In this document: positions 58,701 to 64,000 of the stretch, piece by piece | How positions within the stretch are numbered: the first letter of the stretch is position 1 | Layout: each line of letters starts with the position of its first letter | Assembly (NCBI GenBank): GCA_000993615.1 | Contig: LBWM01000001.1 | Coordinates: 23,970 to 87,969 of the forward strand | Direction of reading: 5' to 3' | DNA length: 64,000 bases | Origin: Candidatus Peregrinibacteria bacterium GW2011_GWF2_39_17 | GTDB taxonomy: Bacteria > Patescibacteriota > Gracilibacteria > UBA1369 > UBA12473 | The notes under the pieces: model-generated | What the model was told of the DNA's origin: nothing | What the model saw: only the letters and a program-made list of their open reading frames with translations | Databases searched by the model: none | Program-made: the position numbers and the translations under genes

Positions 58701-59004
58701 GACAAGTGTATTTTTAAGGGATCATGGGGTTCGTAATAGCCTGGTTTTAAAAATCGGTTCGCAAAATAAAAAAGGCGACAATATTTTAGATATAATTAAT
58801 GGAGGGAAAGTTGATTTTGTGATTAATATTCCTAAAAACTACAGTCACGAGGAAGTGACTAGTGGCTACCAGATGAGGCGTCGTACCGTAGATATGAATA
58901 TTCCTCTAATTACCAATGTGCAAGTGGTAAAGTTAATTGTAGAAACCATGCGGTTGGGTGGTTTGGAGCGGTTGGAGATCGAGCCCTGGGGAAGCTATTT
59001 TTAG
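55777..59004 (+). CDS. carB: carbamoyl-phosphate synthase large subunit
   Basis: GSGALKIGEAGEFDYSGSQA, duplicated ATP-grasp, EVNARLSRSSALASKATG and a C-terminal MGS domain. Confidence 0.97.
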   Translation: MQKPHHLKPKKVLILGSGALKIGEAGEFDYSGSQAIKAMQEEKIKTVLINPNIATNQTSKGLADTIYFLPVDPFFVEKVIVKEKPDALLLSFGGQTALNCGLELERLGIFKKNNVKVLGTPVKTIENTEDRELFNKELQKIKVNVPKSIPCISVVDGLKAAKIIGYPVIVRAAFALGGKGSGVAKNENALREILENAFAFSPQVLVEENLTGWKEVEYEVVRDAYDNCITVCNMENIDPMGIHTGESIVVAPSQTLNNHEYHKLREIAIKTIRHLGIVGECNIQYALDPHSADYRVIEVNARLSRSSALASKATGYPLAHVAAKLALGYSLPELKNSVTGTTTACFEPALDYLALKIPRWDLDKFRKVSVEITTEMKSVGEIMALGRSFEEVMQKGLRMLQIGLHGLVANENLEKLGQGDLKKSIQVPTPRRMLAVAEAIKQGWSTEKISELSGIDQWFLDKLKNIVKVSEKIKKTSKLTGSLMLEAKKNGFSDHQIGTLQKKSEQQIRVLRKKLGVFPVVKQIDTLAAEYPAKTNYLYLTYHGEIDDISFKSKKKKAIVLGSGAYCIGSSVEFDWCGVNAIRTFAKEGYETIMVNYNPETVSTDYDICDKLYFDELSLERVLDICEKEYPKGVMVSMGGQIPNNLAMKLYRAKVPIFGTSPKDIHRAENRNTFSQMLDDLKIDQPKWQEFANVKDAYKFADAVGYPVLVRPSYVLSGAAMRVAQNKESLELYLAKAARISVEAPVVISKFEKGAKEIEMDGVAYKGELIIWAISEHVENAGVHSGDATIVLPPQKLYLETIKRIRQMSKSIAKSLNISGPFNIQFLARNNAIKVIECNLRASRSFPFSSKVTGHNFIEIATEAMTGKVKPKDYRNRHYRTLDLDHVGVKAPQFSFSRLKGADPVLGVEMASTGEVACFGKDLPEAFLKAMISVGFHLPKKNILVSIGTIQDKADMLSSIRWFAENGFKIYATEGTSVFLRDHGVRNSLVLKIGSQNKKGDNILDIINGGKVDFVINIPKNYSHEEVTSGYQMRRRTVDMNIPLITNVQVVKLIVETMRLGGLERLEIEPWGSYF

Positions 59005-59942
59005 ATTCCAATACTTAGTAATTCTCCGTAATTTCTTAGATCATCAGTAATTCGAAACCAAAGGGGTTTGCTTAATTCAATAGCAGTGTCCTGTCCGACA
59101 TTCCACAATTTATATTTTTTGGAGCCTTCTTCTACGTACAAAAAAGAGGCTCCTTGTTTCTTCCTCCTGAAACCTAGAGACGTACCTCGGTGAATGACGG
59201 TGGGGATTTCCTGGTTTTCAATTCTACCTGGGGCTAAACGACCAATGAGAGTTATTAAAGTATCTCTAAAAGGGATAATATTAGCACCTCTAACAAATAA
59301 TAGGTCGTCAACAAAGGTATTTTCCAGCAGAAAATTCAAGTAATTGTAATCTTCAATAGCTAGTTTTGCTATTGCGATTAATTCTTGGTTACTAAAATCA
59401 TTTTTTCCAAGTTGATAAATAAGCCTTGCCCCTTTCGGGGCTATTCTAGAATGTGTCCAAATTATTTCTGGATCAAATTGTGTATTCGGGAATTCGTTAT
59501 TTTTGTAAGAACTACATTTTGTGCGATTTTCATAGCCATGTCCGAAAAGTTGCCTTAGTACAACTTCTATATATTTTGCATCTGCATCACGAAGAGATGC
59601 CGCTATTTCCATCCCAGCCCTTGAGATTTTGGTAAACTCTAAAAGAACCTTGCACAACAACGGGCTTATCAAATTTGGTGAACCCAAGAAATTTGGATAT
59701 ATCGCTAGGGGAGATTGACAAGCTGGAACTGTGGGGTCTTCTGTGTTATCTGGTTGCGGGGAAATTAATTGAATATACAAATTAAGATATCCTAAAAGTC
59801 TTTTGAGTGCATCGCGTTCACGTTGTTCCCCGGATAGATTTTCTTCACACCATCGTGTGGGTTTTTGATTTTTCTGAAAAAAAGGAAGAGGAGGTAAAAT
59901 TTCGCAATCTACGACTGTAGCCACTTCTAATGCAGGGGACAA
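59001..59942 (-). CDS. hypothetical protein (orphan)
   Basis: Long ORF convergent with carB. Plausible TTG start at 59942 after an AT-rich leader; start uncertain. Confidence 0.65.
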   Translation of the reverse strand: MSPALEVATVVDCEILPPLPFFQKNQKPTRWCEENLSGEQRERDALKRLLGYLNLYIQLISPQPDNTEDPTVPACQSPLAIYPNFLGSPNLISPLLCKVLLEFTKISRAGMEIAASLRDADAKYIEVVLRQLFGHGYENRTKCSSYKNNEFPNTQFDPEIIWTHSRIAPKGARLIYQLGKNDFSNQELIAIAKLAIEDYNYLNFLLENTFVDDLLFVRGANIIPFRDTLITLIGRLAPGRIENQEIPTVIHRGTSLGFRRKKQGASFLYVEEGSKKYKLWNVGQDTAIELSKPLWFRITDDLRNYGELLSIGI

Positions 59943-60117
59943 AGTATTATTTTTTAAAATTAAGAGATTAAATATAATTAATAAGTCCTTAAAAGTCAAA
60001 AATTTAGATTGATAGAGGGCTCTGATAAGGCAAAGATCGGGTGTGTCAGCACCCCCTAGCCTCAAGCTGCTTTTTCTACTACAATCAGAATGCTTAATTT
60101 ATTTTAATTTTTGTAAT

Positions 60118-61023
60118 ATGCCCACTCCTAAAAAACATACTGAAAACAACAAAGAAGCTCCTTTTAAACTTAAATCCGGTTTGGCGCAAATGCTTAAAGG
60201 CGGAGTGATTATGGATGTTATTAATGCGGAGCAAGCGAAAATAGCAGAGACAGCCGGAGCTTGCGCGGTTATGGCTTTGGAACGAGTACCGGCTGATATT
60301 CGTAAACAAGGCGGAGTGGCTCGAATGTCCGACCCTAAAATGATTCAAGAAATCATGAAGACTGTTTCCATTCCGGTTATGGCTAAGGTAAGGATCGGGC
60401 ATTTTGTGGAAGCCCAAATTTTAGAATCTTTGGGTATTGATTATATTGATGAAAGTGAAGTTTTGACTCCTGCTGACGAGCAATTTCATGTTAATAAAAA
60501 TTTGTTTCAGGTTCCTTTTGTGTGTGGAGCTACTAACTTAGGTGAAGCTTTGCGGCGTCTTAATGAAGGAGCTGCCATGATTAGAACTAAAGGTGAAGCT
60601 GGCACCGGTAATGTGGTTGAAGCCGTGCGTCATTGGAGAAAAATCAAATCGGAAATTGAAACGGTGCTGGGGGCTAATGATACTCAGCTTAAAAAAATAG
60701 CTAAAGAAATGCGTGTCCCATTTGAATTAGTTAAAACCCTGGTTAAGCTTAAGCGTTTGCCGGTGGTTAATTTTGCCGCCGGTGGCATCGCTACACCTGC
60801 GGATGCGGCCATGATGATGCAACTCGGATGTGATGGCGTTTTTGTGGGATCAGGGATTTTTAAATCCTCAGATCCTGCCAAAAGGGCTAAGGCGATTGTT
60901 GAAGCTACAACTCATTTTAATGATCCAAAGGTTTTGGCTCGTGTTTCATCTGACCTTGGTGAGCCAATGGAGAGTCAAGAAATTGAGAAACTGGGGACTA
61001 AATATGCAGAAAGAGGATGGTAA
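60118..61023 (+). CDS. pdxS: pyridoxal 5'-phosphate synthase lyase subunit
   Basis: [46 protein letters not shown]. Likely start 60118. Confidence 0.97.
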   Translation: MPTPKKHTENNKEAPFKLKSGLAQMLKGGVIMDVINAEQAKIAETAGACAVMALERVPADIRKQGGVARMSDPKMIQEIMKTVSIPVMAKVRIGHFVEAQILESLGIDYIDESEVLTPADEQFHVNKNLFQVPFVCGATNLGEALRRLNEGAAMIRTKGEAGTGNVVEAVRHWRKIKSEIETVLGANDTQLKKIAKEMRVPFELVKTLVKLKRLPVVNFAAGGIATPADAAMMMQLGCDGVFVGSGIFKSSDPAKRAKAIVEATTHFNDPKVLARVSSDLGEPMESQEIEKLGTKYAERGW

Positions 61024-61118
61024 ATTTAATCCCCACTCAATGGGGGGGGCACTTAAAAGGCTTATCGATATCTAATAAAGATATCTGTAAATTACACATT
61101 TTTTTTATTTTTTCTAAA

Positions 61119-61721
61119 ATGTCAATAAAGAGAGCCATTATTGGAGTGCTCGCTCTACAAGGAGGAGTTATTGAACACCAAAGCGCCCTGGAAAAGTGCG
61201 GCGTACAGGTTGTTTTAGTCAAAACCAAGGATGATTTAAAAAAAGTACAAGCCTTAATTATCCCCGGTGGCGAAAGCACCACAATTGGTAAATTAATTCG
61301 CTGGTATGGATTAGAAGAGGATTTAAAAAGAAGAATTAAGGAAGGTATGCCCGTTTATGGAACATGTGCCGGCGCTATTTTGTTGGCTAAAAATGTTATT
61401 GGTAGAGAAAAAGCACCCCATCTTGCATTGATGGATGTGACAATTGAGCGTAACTCTTACGGGAGGCAACTTGATAGTTTTGAATCCCAGATCGAATTTG
61501 GAGAGATGCCCGCAAAACATAAAATTCCCGCTGTTTTTATTCGCGCGCCCAAAATTAGAAGTGTAGGGAATAAGGTTATAGTTTTGGCGCAGATGGGTAA
61601 GGAAATTATTGCGGCTCGTGAAAATAATAAATTAGTAACCACTTTTCATCCGGAATTAACTGATAAGTTAATTGTGCATCGTTATTTTTTGGATATGATT
61701 CCTAAGTCATTACGGGCCTAA
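61119..61721 (+). CDS. pdxT: PLP synthase glutaminase subunit
   Basis: GVLALQG, PGGESTT, GTCAG, RNSYGRQ, FIRAP, FHPEL. Likely start 61119. Confidence 0.96.
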   Translation: MSIKRAIIGVLALQGGVIEHQSALEKCGVQVVLVKTKDDLKKVQALIIPGGESTTIGKLIRWYGLEEDLKRRIKEGMPVYGTCAGAILLAKNVIGREKAPHLALMDVTIERNSYGRQLDSFESQIEFGEMPAKHKIPAVFIRAPKIRSVGNKVIVLAQMGKEIIAARENNKLVTTFHPELTDKLIVHRYFLDMIPKSLRA

Positions 61722-61750
61722 TTTTGAACTCTAAAAATAATTATCTAACC

Positions 61751-62332
61751 ATGCTTAAAAATTCAACTAATCAGCAAAATTCAGCTAAAATTGAATATCA
61801 TATTTCGCAGATGTTGACTTTAATAGGAGAAAACAACAAGAGAGAAGGGCTTCTTGAAACCCCAGCTCGCGTGGCCAAGTCTTATCAAAAGCTTTTTTCC
61901 GGCTATCAGCAGGATCTAAAAAGTTTGGTAACAGTATTTAAAAATGAGGGTTATGACGAAATGGTTATTTCAAAAAATATCGAATTTTATTCCACTTGCG
62001 AGCATCACATGTTGCCGTTTTTAGGAAAAGTACATATCGGTTATATCCCAGGAAATAAAATTATTGGGCTTTCGAAATTGCCTCGTATTGTTGAAATTTT
62101 TTCGCGACGCCTGCAAAATCAGGAAAGAATGACCAGTCAAATTGCGGATGCTTTGATGGATCTTTTAAGTCCAAAGGGTGTTGGAGTAGTGGTTGAAGCT
62201 CAGCATCTTTGTATGATGGCGCGCGGAGTTGAAAAACAAAATGCCGTTGTTTTAACTTCTGCTGTTCGGGACCTATTTAAAAATAATCTTAATACCCGTT
62301 CCGAATTTTTACGGCTAATTGGGAAAAGTTGA
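61751..62332 (+). CDS. folE: GTP cyclohydrolase I
   Basis: REGLLETPARV, STCEHHMLPF, GLSKLPR, RLQNQER, HLCMMARG. Confidence 0.96.
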   Translation: MLKNSTNQQNSAKIEYHISQMLTLIGENNKREGLLETPARVAKSYQKLFSGYQQDLKSLVTVFKNEGYDEMVISKNIEFYSTCEHHMLPFLGKVHIGYIPGNKIIGLSKLPRIVEIFSRRLQNQERMTSQIADALMDLLSPKGVGVVVEAQHLCMMARGVEKQNAVVLTSAVRDLFKNNLNTRSEFLRLIGKS

Positions 62333-62361
62333 ACCTAAACATGTTTTTCTAATTAAATTTT

Positions 62362-62979
62362 ATGCTTAATTCTATTCCTAAATCAGTTCAGGATCTTATC
62401 CAGGCTTTTGCTAAACTACCCGGAATTGGGCCAAAAACCGCCTCACGTTTAGCTATGTATCTTATCCAGGCGCCAGAAAATATTGGTAATGATTTGGCTC
62501 AATCAATTTTATCTCTAAAATCAGCTACGACTTTGTGTAAAGAATGTTGGCATTTGGCCACGGAAAGTCCTTGTGCGATTTGCAGTAATCTTTATCGGGA
62601 GGAAGGGATTATTTGTGTGGTGGAGGAGCCGGCGGACTTAATTGCTCTTGAAAAAACCGGAACCTATAAAGGGCTTTATCATGTTTTGCATGGCGTGCTT
62701 TCACCTATTGATGGGATTGGTCCAGATGATTTAAAAATTAAGGAACTAATTGAACGTCTTAAAATTTCGTTAGCCAGTGAAAAACCTGTTTGGGAAATTA
62801 TTTTGGCGACCAACCCTACAATGGAGGGGGAATCCACGGCCAATTATTTATCGAAATTAATTCATCCTTTGGGGATAAAAGTCACTCGTTTGGCAAGGGG
62901 TTTGCCATCCGGAGGGGATATCGAATACGCTGATGATTTAACCTTAACTAGGGCATTGGAGGGAAGGCAGAATTTTTAG
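62362..62979 (+). CDS. recR: recombination mediator RecR
   Basis: LPGIGPKTA, C4 zinc finger, ICVVE, YHVLHG, ATNPTMEGE, TRLARGLP. Confidence 0.97.
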   Translation: MLNSIPKSVQDLIQAFAKLPGIGPKTASRLAMYLIQAPENIGNDLAQSILSLKSATTLCKECWHLATESPCAICSNLYREEGIICVVEEPADLIALEKTGTYKGLYHVLHGVLSPIDGIGPDDLKIKELIERLKISLASEKPVWEIILATNPTMEGESTANYLSKLIHPLGIKVTRLARGLPSGGDIEYADDLTLTRALEGRQNF

Positions 62980-63072
62980 GTATTATCTTGGAAAGGATAG
63001 GGGGAAATTATGGGCAATATTGACAAATATTATTTTTTAGTTTAAATATAATCTCTTTAAAGAAGGGATTAT

Positions 63073-64000
63073 ATGGGAATTGAATTTATTGACAGGTTGC
63101 GCGAACCGCCTATATTCGAGGAATATTACGCTCTTTTACCCAATCCAAATGATGGAAAAGTTAGAGATGCATTGGGGCGCTACCGAGCAGCCACCAAAGA
63201 GCGGGTTTTGCTTTTATTGGGCGATTATCCTGTGTCTTTCGGGGGTAGGATTGTAATCGCTAATGAGCAGAAACAAGCTGGCCTAGTTAAAGGGTTAGAA
63301 GGAGCCTTAAGGAGTGAGGGGCAGTTAATTAGTTCTGATAGAGTGCAGCACGGTATAAAAATAGGCGAAGGAGGTATGGCTGTTTATCGGGTGTCAGCCG
63401 GAAAACAAGGAATAACTCCTTGGAAAAGACCAGTTGTTCTTAAATTTCCTAAAAGCACAGAAATGTTAACCTTAATAACTCAAATCTCCAACCGTCAATT
63501 TTTGGATGAGCAACTTGGGCCTATCTCGACACTAAGAGGGGATATGGTCTCCTTACTAGGTATGGTTGATGTTAATTTAGAAGGCGTGATCGATAGCCTT
63601 GGTGTTGTTCCTGGTCAAGTTATGGAGTATGCCCCGTATAAGGATTTAAAGCACATTATGCTCAAGGGCGAAGTTTCTCCTCACCAAATGATTTGTTGGC
63701 TAATTCAAGCAGGAAAAACTCTTAATTTTTTGCATAGCTTAAATATTGTTCATCGCGACGTAAAACCAGATAACATTTTTATTGATCATCATGGTAAGGC
63801 TGTTTTATCAGATTATGATTTATGCCATTTCCATGGCACTAGATTACAAAATCTTGAGCCGGATGATAATCTTGTTAGAGGAAGTTTACCCTATACCCCA
63901 AGTTCGAATAAACGTGAAAATCAAGAGATTATGAAGGAATCTGATATTCATGCTTATGGGTGGACTATTTTAGGAGCTCTCGGTGTAATTAGAAAAATTT
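63073..64000 (+). CDS. Hanks-type Ser/Thr protein kinase, 3'-truncated by the window edge (not in the ORF track)
   Basis: Hand translation from ATG 63073: IGEGGMAVY (Gly loop), VVLKFP, VMEYAP, IVHRDVKPDNIFI, LSDYDL, GSLPY, SDIHAYG. Confidence 0.88.
   Translation, partial: MGIEFIDRLREPPIFEEYYALLPNPNDGKVRDALGRYRAATKERVLLLLGDYPVSFGGRIVIANEQKQAGLVKGLEGALRSEGQLISSDRVQHGIKIGEGGMAVYRVSAGKQGITPWKRPVVLKFPKSTEMLTLITQISNRQFLDEQLGPISTLRGDMVSLLGMVDVNLEGVIDSLGVVPGQVMEYAPYKDLKHIMLKGEVSPHQMICWLIQAGKTLNFLHSLNIVHRDVKPDNIFIDHHGKAVLSDYDLCHFHGTRLQNLEPDDNLVRGSLPYTPSSNKRENQEIMKESDIHAYGWTILGALGVIRKI

Noticed and set aside
60010..60075. GC-richer hairpin (GGGTG..CACCC) upstream of pdxS as a riboswitch
   Set aside because: Only a 5-bp stem, with no recognisable aptamer consensus or expression platform.
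451..61642. Numerous 60-110 aa ORFs overlapping longer genes in the six-frame track
   Set aside because: They are antisense or out-of-frame shadows of well-supported CDSs and have no motifs of their own.
1..64000. Alternative genetic code 25 (TGA=Gly) as in Gracilibacteria/Absconditabacteria
   Set aside because: Conserved genes are full length under code 11, and several (pcrA, ybeY, folE, dgt) end in TGA at the expected positions.

Overview
A 64-kb, AT-rich, gene-dense bacterial chromosome segment in the standard genetic code (TGA is a stop). Several SLH/S-layer genes, a stand-alone VirB4/HerA-like ATPase, GxAWxxxxGWI-repeat proteins, rare Shine-Dalgarno sites and scattered orphan ORFs suggest a Patescibacteria (CPR) genome, probably Peregrinibacteria-like. 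That assignment is inference only. Housekeeping genes: maf, pcrA, hup, topA, nrdR, dgt, xer, ftsE, purM, dprA, ybeY, dnaJ, ugd, comM, carB, pdxS/T, folE, recR and 6 tRNAs. There is one tnpA-only IS200 element, and no CRISPR array, rRNA or prophage. The best candidate for an undescribed system is a pair of nearby HTH + coiled-coil + membrane-anchor genes (40900-41505 and 43151-43636). Each is preceded by a cluster of related 10-bp quasi-palindromes (variants of TGACTAGTCA), and a third cluster lies in the long dnaJ / S-layer intergenic region. This resembles a RacA/RocS-type DNA-to-membrane tethering module. Other notable signals: (1) an identically spaced promoter signature shared by the competence genes dprA and comM, about 20 kb apart; (2) three S-layer-derived genes with a gap-free conserved N-terminal TM-(L/F)QG signal, divergent from a PrsW protease; (3) a 16-bp inverted repeat linking the IS200 leader to the end of tnpA; (4) a soluble-adenylyl-cyclase-like STAND protein with a degenerate P-loop; (5) a Ser/Thr kinase missed by the ORF track. 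All calls were made by eye, without database searches.
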